Part shown: positions 40,401 through 55,400 of the stretch, piece by piece
Layout of the letters: each line of letters starts with the position of its first letter
How positions within the stretch are numbered: position 1 is the first letter of the stretch
From: Chiloscyllium plagiosum
Lineage: Eukaryota
DNA: 64,000 bases
Assembly (NCBI RefSeq): GCF_004010195.1
Contig: NC_057749.1
Span: 23,542,999-23,606,998, forward strand
Direction: 5' to 3'
Notes under the pieces: model-generated
What the model was told of the DNA's origin: nothing
What the model saw: only the letters and a program-made list of their open reading frames with translations
Database searches by the model: none
Translations under genes and position numbers: made by a program

Positions 40401-43400
40401 GTACCTGAGAGATACTGGAAAGAATGTCATGAATTGAAAAAAAATGCAAAACTGCATATCAATTCATATATTTTCACAGGTATAACTGGAAGAAGCACAG
40501 AATCAAATTATGCTGTTACTCATTAATACCTTGGCAAGCATCTTCTATTTAGATATTAGATTCCCTACAGAGCGGAAACAGGCCCTTCAGCCCAACAAGT
40601 CCATACCGACCCTCTGATGTTTTATAGAGGAGTTTTAAAAATAGAATTTACATTTCTGATAAATATTGAATGTAGGCAAACAAAAGAACACAATTTGAAA
40701 ATACAGGAACATGCAGCAATAAAGTCATCAGGCCTAAGAAGTTAAGATTCTCAAGGCTTACTTGAATCATCTCCTTCCAGTGATGCTGCAGAACCAACAG
40801 CTACCAGATGAGGGTCAAACAACTTCCTTGGTTTTGCAGCCAATGATATCTATCACAAAAATATACAATGTATTATGCTCATATCATTTGATCAAGGAAC
40901 ATTGAGTATACAAGTCTAAAATTAAGGCTGAATACAAAAACATTTCAATATCAATCTTTTTAAGGTCTATTTAGATCATGAACATTGAGCTCTTCTTGAA
41001 TATCACTCAAAAATCATGGGCCAGAAAGAGTCTGAATATATATTCAAAGTAAAATAGATGATGATGATGATTAAAAACTCATGTCCAACAAGATGATTTT
41101 ATTTTAAACACATGCTTAAAATCAAACTGACTGAAGAATTTCTACACTAGGAATTATTTGGCGAGAATTCAAATCAATACAAGAAATATAAAGATTGCTT
41201 CGGAAAGGGACAGCAATAAAGTTTAGAGACATTAAAATGTTCAAAACACAAAACTATTAAGTTTCTAGGATGAATTCAGTGTGAAGAAAATAATGACCAA
41301 ATTTCTTAATATATTTCAAGAGTAACATGCTGCTACAAATATAGAGGACAATTAAAAAACAATAAGTTCATTGCACAGGTTAAGGTAAAGTATATCTTTG
41401 GCGGGAAAGCAGGGGTGAGGACCACTTACTGGACATTGACTTCAGCACATATTAAGAGACACATATGTTGGTTGTACTTTGCAGATATACCTTTGTATAT
41501 TTGTCTTCCTTTGAGAGTAAACCTAATTGAGTAGATTGACATCTGGTTCCTTCCTTCAACTGCGATAAGAGATTTAACAACAGCTAAGCTCATATGTAGT
41601 GCGTTGACTTAAATATTGCAGATTTAATGGGTCTGATTTTGCTGCAGCTGTTTGATATGCAGAACACATGATAACATGTGGGAGCTTTGTAATTTTACTG
41701 TTTCTTGACCTTAACGTTACAGAAATATTCGTAGGACCTCAACAGCAATGTCAAAAATTTAGAACACACTGTATACAGATTACAGGGGAACAGATTATGA
41801 CAACATGAAAATAGCAAAACAGGAGAAAAAAATGTGATTGTCAAGATTGCATAATGCAGGAAACAGTAGCCAAGTACCAATGGACAAGTAACATTTGTAC
41901 AGGGAAAAATGATTTAAAAAGATATACTGTATACTTCTTGCAATATAGATTTCAGAGAGTACACAAACTGCTTAGAATCAGAGACAAACATTCTCCATTC
42001 AAATCATTAGTGCAGTGCAAAAGTATAAGTCATCACACCAACCTTGGCTTTGATGGGAAATCTGGAGGATGACCTCAGAGGTAAGGGAATGCTATCAGTG
42101 AGCTCGAAAACGCTTCTGATTTTTTGATCTGACATTCTGACATGGAGTAAAGGGAGTTCACCAGAGACTTTAAACCTAAAAAAAAAATGTTACAATTTGT
42201 CTGTATGGAATCCAACACATGAGGAGACAGGAATTCTCAAATCAAACCTAACCTATAACTGCATCAAATAGTTAAACACAGATCACAGCAAAACAGATAC
42301 TGAGGAACCTTGATTATCCTAAGGACACATATGGGGAGTCTTTTGTTCAATTAATCGAATTCCCGATAATCAAATGCCGGATAACAGTTTAGCCAAGCAT
42401 CGGGACCTTGCGATCTTGCCAGATAATCTATTCGGATAATCGAATGCTGGATAATCGAGGTTCCTCTGCACTACACTGGAGTAGGCAAAAGGAGGTTGCA
42501 TCCCAATAATGGCAGTGAATCATTAAAGGTGGGAAGTCCACCATCACTGTCAGTGGCCAGGGTGACCTCACATCAGATGGGAAACATGTTTAAAATGCAA
42601 AGGCAAGCTCTTATGCCATGCAAAGGATGACAATGGTCATTATGAAAGCGCACCACATGGAGAGTCTGCAACACACAATCCATCCAGTATGAGTGGCCTA
42701 CCGGTGAGATAACAGGACAAATTTGTGGTTCTTACTGTTGGGCTCGGAGAAGTGGAATGGACTGCAGGTGAATCAGTGCACTGAATGTACCACCCACAGA
42801 GAGTTAGCTGGCATAATTCAGGCAGTCAGGAATTAAAATCTAGTCCACTATTTTGAATAACAAAGGCATCATGTCATGTTATCAATTTGTCATGAAATAA
42901 AATACATTTTATTGCAATTATGTAATGTTTCGATTTTTCAAAACCAATGCTTTCAAATAATAAAAAATAGAGATTACACATCTTTACTAAAAAATGCAAA
43001 TCCATGGCCAAGATAATTATTGCAGTGTTATTTCCATACATTACTCGATCTGTAGCCTTTTTTTTAAAAAAAGATAAAGCAGCACACAAACAAAACAGGA
43101 ACTAGGTGGGAAGTATAAGAGCAATACAACATTGCATAAGTGTAGAGGAAGAAGCTCATTGGCTAAAGAAGAGCAATGGGTTTTAATACAGACACAAGTG
43201 AACATATATTAGAATGGCCAATCTGTACTTAGATGGAGTCGAAAAGGGGGTGATAGGGGAGATAGACTATTAGTTAGATGGGCTTTCTGAGATTGGTAAT
43301 GATGTTACTGGGAAAGCTTGCAAAAGCTACACAAGCATTGTTTTAAATGACACAGATGTGGCACCAAGGTAAAACAAGACCAATTTGAACTGTGCACAAC

Positions 43401-46400
43401 GACAAAGCAGTCTGCTACAAGCAAAATCTTCAATTTACCCATTCGCATCAGTGAATACTTACCTTTGGAACTAGGTGGGAAGTATAAGAGCAATACAACA
43501 TTGCATAAGTGTAGAGGAAGAAGCTCATTGGCTAAAGAAGAGCAATGGGTTTTAATACAGACACAAGTGAACATATATTAGAATGGCCAATCTGTACTTA
43601 GATGGAGTCGAAAATAGGAGAAAGTGAAGACTGCAGATTCTGGAGATCAGACTCTGTGGCACTGGAAAAGCACAGCCAATTGGGTCAGGCAACATCCGAG
43701 AAACAGGAGAGTCGACGTCTCAAGCATTAGGTCTTCATCAGGAATGTTGAGGGGGTAGGGGCGCCAAGGCGACTCGGAGATAAATGGGGAGGGGGAGAAA
43801 GAGGTAGCTAGGAACGCGATAGGTCAATGAAGGTGGGGTGTGATGATGATAGATCAGAGTGGATGGATGGACTGGTTAGGTGGGAAAGTTCAAAAGGTTG
43901 GACAGTTGGAAGGTTGCATCTGGAATAAGGTGGGGGTAGCGGAGATGAGGAAACTGATGAAAATGACTGATTCTGTGTGGTTGGAGGGCCCCAAAGCAGA
44001 CGACAAAGTGTTCTACGTCCAGTTGAGTGGCTGGGTTTGGTGGTGAAGGCAGCCCAGGACTCGCATGTCCATGGCGGAGTGGGAGAGGGGAGTTGAAGTG
44101 ATCAGCCATAGGGCACTGGGGTTGTTTAGCGTGTGTCCCAGAGATGGTCTCTGAAACCTTCTGCAAGTTGGCATCCTGTCTCCCTAATGTATAGGGGACC
44201 ACATGAAGAGCAACGGACACAGAAGATGAGGTTGTTTGGAAATGCAGGAAAATCTCTGCTGGATGTGGAAAGATCCTTTGGTGCCTTGGATGACGGTGAG
44301 GGGGGGGACGTGCGGGTGCAGGTTTTACATCTCTTACAGTGGCAAGGAAAGTGCCAGAGGGGAGAATTGTTTTTTTTTTTTGGGGGGGGGGGGGGGGGGA
44401 GAGGAGAGAAAGGGAAGAAAGAAGATGTGGACCTAACAAAGAAGTTGCAGAGGGAATGGTCTCTGTGGAATGCTGAAAGGGCTGGAGAGGGAAATATATC
44501 TCTGGTGGCAGAAATGGCAGAGGACGATGCGTTGTATCTGGAGGTTGGTCAGGTGGAAGGGGAGGACCAAGGTTCTTGGTTACAGTTCAAGCCACTGAAC
44601 CTGCACTACCAATATCTATCTCTCAGCAGCGTAACCAGACAGTGTCCATTAACAAGACTTGGAAATTAATACAGGTATATCTATCATTTAACATACAAGC
44701 TGAATCAAAACACCAACTAAGCTACTGAAATAATCGGTGATATTCATTAAACCATGAACAGACATCTGAAATGCCTAATAAACCTGAACATTTATCTTCA
44801 AAGGTGGTGATATGTCAGAAGGTTCAGAGAAGATTAGCAATAATAATTCAAATCCAGAATTTCAAGTATCATAAACATGAAACTGACAATTTTTTTTACA
44901 AGACATCTCCATGACTCTATGACACTTAAGGTGATTTGATCTATGTCTGTGGTACAGGTTCTTTGCCTGCATCACAACAGAACTAGAGAGCAATTTCAAA
45001 AGTATTAACTTCCAACAACAGATTTCTTCCCTCTCCTCCACTGTAAAGTCCTTCTCATTGTTGGGACAGGAGCAGCACTGGCTGGGCCAACATTTATTAT
45101 CCATCCCTAACTGCCCTGGAATAAGTGATGAGTTGCATTCTTAAACCTTTGCAGTCTGCGTGCTGTAGAAATGCACTCAATGCTGTCAGGGAGGGAATTC
45201 CAGGATTTGGACCAAACTACTGTGAAAGAATGGCAATATACTTTGAAGTCAGAATCAAAATGGTCTCAGCAGAGAACCTGCAGGTGATGAACCATCGATC
45301 TGCTGTTCTTAATCTTCTAGGTAGTAGAAGTTATGGGTTTGGGAGATGGTGTCAGATAATCTAGGTGAGTGAGTGCATTGCATCTTGGAGGTAGTACACA
45401 CATTGCTACTGTGAGATAATGAAGGGAGTCAATGTTGAAGATGATGGATGTACTGCCAATCACACGGGTTACTTTTCCCTGGTTAGTGTCAAGCTTTTTT
45501 GATGTTACTGGAGCTACACTCAGCGAGAAAGTGGGAATTTTGTCCCTTACAGATGAAGGGCAGCCTTTGGGGAGACAGAAGCTAAATTCTTCACCACAAA
45601 ATTCCTCGCCTCCAGCCTGCCCTTGTAGCCACAGTATTTACATGGCTGGCCCAGTTGAGTTTCTGATCAGGTGACCCTCCATTCCCATTCCATGCTTTGT
45701 TATGCATTGGTGTTCAATGTTATCATTTGCATTTCAGTAAAATCATTGCAACATCTCAAACTGTTCAAGTCAGACTAGAAAGTCTCTTTCTTGTCAAGCA
45801 ACTTGACTATTTAATCCTCCAACAATACTGCTGCTTCTACATAAACAGGTGGCATTAGCATAGTGACAGAGACATCTTCATATCAATATATTGCACCATA
45901 CATTTTGTTTGTGCTGCTGGAAATATCCCATTTTCATAGACTGAAACAAAACTATAATTGAACATACTTAGGGATTCTGGTATCTTTCTCCACTATGGCT
46001 CTTGAAAGCTGAACCTTGACATCCATGGGCTGTAATATATGCTGAATCGAGGAGTATTGCTTCCTAGCAGATTTCCAATCTTGACCTAAAGAGGAGAGAT
46101 TACATACTTAAAACCTACAAGGGAAGTAAATGCAAAAACAATTAAGCAGAGGTAGTCATACTGCATGCTAATTTCATTCTCAAGGAACCCCAAGTTGCAT
46201 TTGTACAACAATAACCAACTTCTATTTACACAGCATCCTTAATGAAATAAGATGTTCCGAAGGCACTTCACAGGAACATTACAATGCCAGACTTGATACT
46301 GATCTATACAAGGCAATAAATCCTACATCAAAACAATGATTACACTTTCAAAGTCCTTCATTGGGAGCTCCATTGCTATATTAACACCCTTTTACAAAAC

Positions 46401-49400
46401 AAAATTTTGCCACCATCTTTAAAAGAAAAAATGTCTTCTTCATCTGGACGGTTTTCATTTTGGAGTAATCCATAATATTAATCATTTTTATGGAAATTGG
46501 CTGTCATGTTTGGTTACATCACAATGACCACAATTCAAAAACTGATGCACTGATTCTGGAGGAGGCCTGGATACACTGTACTGCTTTGCTGTGGACATCA
46601 TCTTCATTCGTACTGCTTGGGATGTGTTGAATTCAAAATAGAGGGGAACAAGAGAATCCAACATATTGCACGAGGCAGATCTAATCATCAATTCAGCAGA
46701 AAAAATTCCTTGGATTCCAGTTGAGTTCCACATCAGGACCAAAAGCAACATATTGAGACCCAAACAATTAACTTGAATGTGAAGTCTATCAAGGAGGAAC
46801 GAGGAAATAGCTAACAAAAGCTGTCTGAGATAACTAGATGAATATCTTCCCACCTTAGGACTCTCAACCACATGGCATCAACACGAAATTGACTTGTTTC
46901 CAAATCTTCCCTCCCCCACCTCATCCCAGATCCAACCTGGCACCGCCCTCTTGACCTGTCCATCTTCCTTCCCACCTATCCGCTCACACCCACCCTATTA
47001 ATCCCCTCAGCCCGATTCCAGCAGCCCCCACATTCTTGAAGGAGGATTCATGCCCGATACGTCAACGCTCCTGTTCCTCAGATGTGCCCAACCTGCTGTG
47101 TTTTCCCAGCACCATACTTTTCAACTCTGACTCTCCAGTCCTCACCTTCTCCTAGGTATAGTAATAAACCAAGTTGAAACTTCCATGGTATTAGGAGCAG
47201 GAGATACTTCAGTATTTGAGTCGTCACAAACATAATGCAATCATCAGCATACATCCCCACTTCTGACCTAATGAACAAGGGAAGGTCATTGATGAAGCAG
47301 CTGAAGGAGGCTGGGCCTAGGACACTACCCTAAGAAATTCCTGCAGCAATGTCCTGGAAAAGAGATGATTGACTTTCACGAACCACAACAATCTTGTTTT
47401 GTGCTAGTTAAGACCGGAAACATTTTCTTCTGATATCCATTAATTTAAATTTGGTTCTGACTCCTTGGTCAATGATGCTCTGTTGTCAAGGGCAATTAAT
47501 ATCATGTCACATCTGGAATTTAGCTTTTCTGACCACATTTGGATCAAGTCCACATTGAGGTCAGGGGCCAAGTGGTCACGGTGGAGCCCAAACTGAGCAC
47601 CAATGAGCAAACCACTTGCTAACTTGATGCTGATTGATAGCACTGTCAACAAAATCTCATCATTTTGGTGACAACCAAGGAGGCAGAGTGACCAGCAAGT
47701 AGTCAGACTGGATTTTTTTTTGTGGGCAGAACATAAGTGGGCTATTTTTCACACTGTCAGATATATACCAGTGTTGCAGCTGCACCAAACAAATACATCT
47801 ACAGTAAGTGGCTGTAATTAACGAAACATCAGCACAGGGTAATCGAACTGTGGACCAAGGTACAGAACAGAAGAATTACCAAGATATTTCAGCTCTAGGA
47901 AGCAGATACAACCCATTAGGATAGGATGGTCTGATTTGGTCAAAGTTCAGGATTAGGAGAGGGAGGGAGGTAAGGAAGTTGGGAAAGTGAAAGTGGAAGA
48001 TTTTCAGTCTTGGTAATTATCCAGGAGATTTTCTGCTCTTGCACCTTGCACAAATGAAACCTGGAGTTGCAGAGTGAATGAATGAACTGACCATGGCACT
48101 GAGAGACAGGAAATGCAGCAGTCAATTTGTATGCAATAAGGTCCCATAAACAGTAATAATATAATAATTTTATGAACATGATTCAGCAATAAATATTGGC
48201 TTAAACCCAGGGAAGAAAGATTCTGCTCTTCTTCAAAACAATGGCAGGGTATCTTAGGTTCACTTGAGAAAGCCATAATTTCACATTTCATTCCAAAAGA
48301 TTACCAAAGAGGAGTAATGCCATTCGTTACCACCCAATGTCACCCTGGAGGATATGTTCTGGTCTCTGGTGTGGAACTTGGAATACGCAAAGTTAGAACC
48401 CAGAGATCAGTATGTTACGATTCACTGAGCCACAGTTGATACCACCTTCCAATTAGCTGGTGGAAGCAGAGTCTCTTAGCCATATGAAGCTTGAGACAGA
48501 GTATTCTGTCAAAGATTCTTAAACGGGGTTTTAGTAAAAGCGAAGATTAATTCCAAGAGAGCAAGATAAAATCGACAATAAAATAAAGGTCTGCAGATCC
48601 TGGACACCTGAAACAAACTCGTAGGAATTCCTGGAGAGCAATCTGGCAGCATCTGAGAGGAGAAAACAGAGTTAACGCTTCGAAACCAGTGGCTCTTCTT
48701 CAGAACTTAAGATAAAACTCATACCTGGCTTACTGAACAAAAGTTGAACATTTCTGAGTTCCACATCAAACTTTTCATAGGCTCGTTCCAAAATTTCCTC
48801 CAAAGATAAACTTGGGGATGTTGCTTTTTGGTCATTGTGGCTGATGCTATTTAACTGCACAAAAGTAGATTTATGACTTCGACAAGCTTTGTTATTCATA
48901 GCTAGTCAAAATAACAAAAACATTTTAAATCCAATAAACAGCGCAAGTTTAGTTGAATTCTGTGCAGAGGATAAAACAGCTAATTTGTATTTTTGCTGAT
49001 TCAAAGTGAAGGTCATAAACCTCCATTAACAGATTAATAAACTCAACATGATCTGGGGGGTAAAAACGGTTGCTTTAAGGAACCTCTGAAGATACTTTAA
49101 ATATAGCATTCAATATTGAAGCCATTAGAAATCTGCTAACCTCTTCAATAAAATTAAGAAATTGACCTTTTTCTTCGAAAAAAACTGCAGCAAACTGTTT
49201 CAATCTCCCTACACCACATAATGCAAACAGCTGAGACCTGTTTCCAAATCACTGCCTAAACTATTCTGAATCAGAGTGTAGTGTGTGGGAGAGCCTGTGA
49301 CGCCTTTGAGAGTTTTTCCTTTCTTTTCATGGGTGATACGTAATATTTGCTTGGTCACTTCCCCCATGGCACAGCAAAGGCCAACAATTCATTGATCGAG

Positions 49401-52400
49401 CTGACCTCTCACATTAATGCAGAATTCATCGCTTTATGGTGTCTTACTTTCATCATGAAAAGGAGCTGCTCACATTAACGTAAATAAAAACTTCTTCAAT
49501 CTTACCACAACTATTCATAGTTTCTACACTGCTTACTGAAAGACGTTGCCTGAGGTTAGCACCACAAGGAACTGACTTTTCATTAGTCTAATCTTTCCCC
49601 TGTGAGCTGGTCCAAGACTAGAAGTCATAAATTTGAGAGAGAGGGATTAATACATCCAAGAGGAGATTCACGAGAAACATCTTTACATAGAAAGAGTTCT
49701 TGGAGGAACTTATTACCATATCATGTAGTTGCAGTGGATGTCTTCAAGGGGAAGCCAGATAAGCAGCTGAGAGAGATTTTACGATAATCCACGATTTCCT
49801 TAACTAATGATATGTTTAATATCACATTTCAGAAAAGGATTGATATTCGGGTCAGATGAGATGCAATGGGGTGGAAGGAAGCTTAAGTAAAGCATAAACA
49901 ATTGAACTGAATTTTACGTTTGTTTGTAAAATCTATATACCTGGTGGTAACCAGAAACAGACAGAACACAGATCACATGTACGTGACTCAATTCAACAGG
50001 CCATGCCAGTTTTAAGTCCCACACAAGTCTCCTCTCCTATCTTATTTTCATTTCATTCAGTCAAAACATCTCTATTCTTCACTACCTCATTCAGTGTTCC
50101 CTGAAAAGAACCTGGTTCAACCACTCCACGTGATAAGTTCCACATACTCATTTCTCTGAACCAAGGGAGATTTGTTAAACTGGTCAAGTAAGATGACAGT
50201 AGGCTTAAGCAGCAGTGGTATGTTATCAGATTCCTAATCACAAGACCATACATTTAGGATCTGAAGGAGGCCATTCAGCCAATCAAGTCTGTTTCACCAG
50301 TGAGATCATGGCTGATCTGATAATCTTCAACACCACATTCTTATCTTTTCCTCATGCCCCTTGATACCCTTAGTGATTTACGAATGATCCAGCCTGAACA
50401 GCCTTCTACTGCAAAGAATTGCACAGATTTACTACCTTCTGAGGGAAGATATTCCTCATTTTTGTCATGAATGTGCAACCCCTTGTTCAAAGATTATACC
50501 CTCTGGTCCTAGACTCAAAGGATTAACCACCCCTCTGCATCTACACTGTCAAGCCTCCGAAGAATCTTGTTTGTTTCAAAAAGATTGCCACTCTTTCTGC
50601 GAAACTCGAAAAAGTACAGGCCCAACCTACTCAACTTCCCCTAATAAGGCACACCCAACATCAGACTCGTGACCCTTCTCTGGGCTGACTCCAATGCCAG
50701 TATATCTTTGCCTGGATAAAGGGACTCAAAACTGTTCATAGCATGCCAGTTGTGGTCTGACCAGTGCCTTGTATAGTTTTAGCACAACCTCCCTACTTTT
50801 ATCAAGTAAAACACTATAGATGCTAGAGATCTGAAACAGAAATAGAAATTCCTCTGAGAAACTCAGCAAGTCTGGCAGCATCTGCGGGACGAAAGCAGAG
50901 TTAATATTGAGTCCAGTGATACTTCTAAGTCAGAGCTGTACAGCATGGAACAGACCCTTTGGTCCACCTTGTCCACATCAACTGGATAACCAAACCTAAT
51001 CTAGTCCTATTTGCCAGCATTTGACCCATATCTCTCTAAACCCTTCCTGTTCATGTACCCATCCAGATGCCTTTTAAATATTGCCATTGTATAGACTCTA
51101 TTCCCTTCTCTGGTTGCTCATTCCAGTTCTCTGCATGAAAATGTTGCCCCTTGGGTCCCTTTTATATCTTTCTCCTCTCATCTTAAAACTATGCCCTCCA
51201 GTTTTGGATTCCCCCACCCTGGGGAAAAGATCTTGACCGTTTACCCTATCCATGCCCTTCATGATTTTATAAACCTTTATAAAGGCCACCCCTCAGTTGC
51301 CAAAGCTCCAGGGAAAATAGCCCCAGACTTATCAGACTCTCCTTATAGCTCAATCCTACCTACTCTGGCATCATCCTTGTAAATGTTTTCTGAATTCTTC
51401 CAAGTTTCACAACATCCTTCCTACAGCAGGTAAACCAGAACTGAATGCAGTATTCCAAAAGTAGCCTAAACAATTTCCTGTACAGGCGCAATAGACCTCC
51501 CAATTCCTTATGCCCAATGATCTGACCAATAAAAGCAAGCATGCCAAACACCTTCTTCACTAGACTGTTTACTTCCAACTCCAGTTTCAAGGAGCTAGGA
51601 ACATGCACTCCAAGATCTCTTTGTTCAGCAATACTCCCCAAGACCTGACCATTAAGTGCATAAGTCCTGCCCAGATTTGCCTTTTCAAACTAAAGCAGCT
51701 TACATTTATTTAAATCAAACTCCAGCTGCCACTCCACAGCCCATTGGCCCATCTGATCAGGGTCCAATTGTACTCTGAAGTAATCATCTTCACTGTCCGC
51801 TACACGACCAATTTTGGCATCATGTGCAAACTCACTAACCATACCACTTGAGCTCACTTCCAAAAAGAACAGCTGATTTTCTCCTATAATTTCTGTTTTT
51901 GTTTTATACACAACATTCCCTTCGAGATAAAAGCCAGAAATCAATTACCTTCACCAATCACCTGAACTTATATGCTAACTTCTTGCGATTTAAACACCAA
52001 AACATCCAAATTTCTTCTGCTGTATCTTTTTGCAGTCTTTCTCCATTTAAATAATATCCAGCCAAAGTGCATACCCTCACATTTACCCATATTATTTCAT
52101 ATTTGCCATATTTTTGGCCCCTTAACTTACCAATATCCCCTTGGAGAGTTTTTGTGCCATCCTCATCACTCACTTTCCTACCCATTTTGTATGATCTGCT
52201 AACGTGGCTAAAGATCATTCATTTTTATCTTCCAAGTCATTAACATATCTTCTAAATAATTTTTGCCCTAGCACTGATACCTGTAGCATTTCACTAGTTA
52301 CCGGTTAGCATTCTGAACTGAAGGAAAGACAAATGGTCCAAAGACACGAATTTAAATGTCACCACGGAAATGGAGAAATTTAAATTCAGCTCACTATTTA

Positions 52401-55400
52401 TATCTGGAATTAAAAACTTATAACCATTAGGTTTCATGGTATCACGATAATCATGTCACTGTGGAATTGTGATAAAAGTCTCTCCTCTCTGGATCATACT
52501 CTTCAGAGAAGAAAATCAGTCATCCTCATCCAATTTAGCCTACATGGGAGCAGTACGATTGATTCTTAGCTGAAATGGCCAAGCACATCATTTAGATGTA
52601 TGGAATTGTTACAACTGAGAATCATTATTTCAGACCCAATACGAAACATGTGCTTTAATCAGCAGTGACTTTTCTACACAGGTAAGCAGCTTCAACCACC
52701 TTCACTATACTGTTTACCTGTGACTCTTCTTTCAAGGAGCTATGAACCTGCACTCCAAGGTCTCTTTGTTCAGCAACAGTCCCCCAGACCTTACCAATAA
52801 GTGTGTAAGTCCTACCCAGATTTGCCTTTTCAAACTAGAGCACCTTGCATTTATTTAAATCAAACTTCAGCTGCCACTTCTTGGCCCATTGGCCCATCTG
52901 ATCAAGGGACCATGGAGGAACCCTAAAGCATCAATGCTGCCACAAAAGGGTCTTAAGATTTCCAAAAAACAGATAGATCAAATATAGAGGCTATGGTAAT
53001 CTCACTTGAGCTAAGATAGATGGGATATGAGGAGTTGTGAGATACCCAAATAGGGAATGTACAAACAGGTGTCTGATCCAGAACTACTCCAGGAACCATT
53101 TACACGGGGATTGCTCAAAGCACATTAAACTTCTGAAAGGCACAAGTTACGGAGGTGATGGAATACTCTGCACTTGCCTCACTATCTACAGATCTGACAG
53201 CACTCAAGACTGTAATTAGGTTTGCTCGCTGAGCTGGGTTCATGAACCTTCCAGCTCAGTGAGCAAACCTACATCCAGAACCTCAACCTGAGCTACAAAT
53301 CTTCTCAAAACTTGCTAAACACTCAAGACATTCCAGGACAAAGCATGGCACGCCTTAAACATCTTAATCATTCACCTTCTCCACAAGGTGTACTGTTGCT
53401 GCTGCATGTACCACCTCCAAGATGGAGTCGATCAACTCACCTCACTGAAGTCTTAAACCCATCATCTAGTAAAAGGACAACATGTGCACATGGGATCGCC
53501 ATAACGCTTCATCCCAAACTGAAACTCACCATCTAATGGTAACATGGAACTACCTTGACCACATGTACTGCAACAATTTCAGATAGCTCATAAACACCTT
53601 TCAAAGGCAATTAAGGATGAACAATTAATTCAGGCATCCTTCCAGTGAACAAATATTAAGAAAATGAAACACCAACATGGATCACCAAGGCCAAATGACA
53701 TGTTTCTGCACCTTAAATAATGGAGTGTCAATAATTTTTTTTAAGATACATCACTGGATTTATTACAGACTCTCTGATGTTGTGGTCCTGGCTCTATCCT
53801 ACAGAACCCCTTTGTAATTTTAGACTTTTAAAAACCTCCCATTTCTTAATCTGTCTGGAATGGAAGAGTTTAAGGCCATTCAGTGCTTGCTGATATTTAT
53901 ACTCCTCTGTTTGGTTAGCAAACTGTTTTAGAAATTTCCTCTTCTGTCTCACTGTAACCTGGCAAGTCTAATCAAGGCTTTATTAATTTAACATTTCATT
54001 TCTTACACTAAAAAGAAAAGTAATGAGGGCTTCATTAAACTGCACAACTATTCTCAAATTGTGAAATCATCACAGAATCCCGACAGTGTGGCAACAGGCC
54101 CTTCAGCACAATAAGTGCACACTAACCCATTCCCCTACTACGCTACAATTACCCTGACCAATGCACCTAACCTATATATCCCTGAACACTGAGTAATTTA
54201 GCTTGGCCAATTCACCTAACCTGCAAATCTGCACACCTAACCTGTGGGAGGAAACATTAGCACCCAGAGGAAACCCACGCCAACATGGGGAAAATGTGCA
54301 AACTCCACACAGACAGTTGTCCAAGGCTGGAATCGAACCCAGGTCCCTGTGCTGTGAGGCAGCAGTGCTAACCACTGAGCCACCATGCCACCCAAGTTTA
54401 TCCATCGATGCTTTCGCACCTCTACTCAATTTAACTTGACTCTTCCACATCCTAAAATGCACTTTTTGACAATTACCAACACTGAAATTCATTTGCCATT
54501 TATGCATTCATTTTGTGTCTCTTAATACTTCACAATACTTGGTTACAGTTTGCCTCACTATTAACTCATCACTCAACTGTTGTCTGAAAATTTTCGTACT
54601 GTACTCCCAATTTCCAAAGCCAATCCATGCACCTAAATGTAAATAATGATGGTCTCAGGACTGATCTTTGTAGGGCATTTCTTCCCAGCTTCCATAAACT
54701 TAAAATACAATGGATCTAAAATAAAAACAAAGTATTAGAGAACTTTGGAGAGAGAAACAGAATGGGTTGTATTGTATTTGAAACATGAATTCTCTCTCAC
54801 CCTTACTATCAGGCCTGCTGAGTTTCTCCAATACTTTCTGCTTTTAATTTCCCTTTTCTGCCAGTTTGACATTCAACTACTTTCCAGTTTTCTATCTGGG
54901 AGACCTGTTTCCATTTTATAGCAACCGTTCATTTTACCATGTGGCCTTGATTCTATATATACTGACCATGATTATATGTCTACTATGTTGCCCGTGCTAC
55001 ACCTTCAGCTTTATATATTCAAAGATGCAACTTGAGAAAACTGAAAATTCCTGAACATCAAACTGGAGGTAACAGTTCTCTATAAAGAGGAAGCTTTGAA
55101 AATAATATGCACTTTCATACCTGCAAACTTCCAAAGTCCACAATCAATAAGTTTGAATTCACATCATAAAAGCCCGTCTGTGGAACCACAAGGTAGGATG
55201 GTTTCAAGTTGATACGGAGATCAAATGTTTTACGAGTTTCAATAATGTACGACAGACCTAAGCATTTAAGCAAATAGTTGGGTTATAAACATAATTCATG
55301 TTAGAATACAGGCATGTTAGAACTCAAACTGTCAAAAATAAATAAAAATCATGACGACATCATATTAGATATAAAATGTATTAAATTGGGGACTCAGTTT

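Noticed and set aside
44369..44399. T-run plus long G-run (G-quadruplex candidate)
   Set aside because: Homopolymer expansion inside a decayed Penelope copy; length is error-prone and there is no evidence of function.
44825..44839. CAGAGAAGATTAGCA matching the U6 core
   Set aside because: Isolated 15-mer without flanking U6 sequence; likely chance or an unrecognisable relic.
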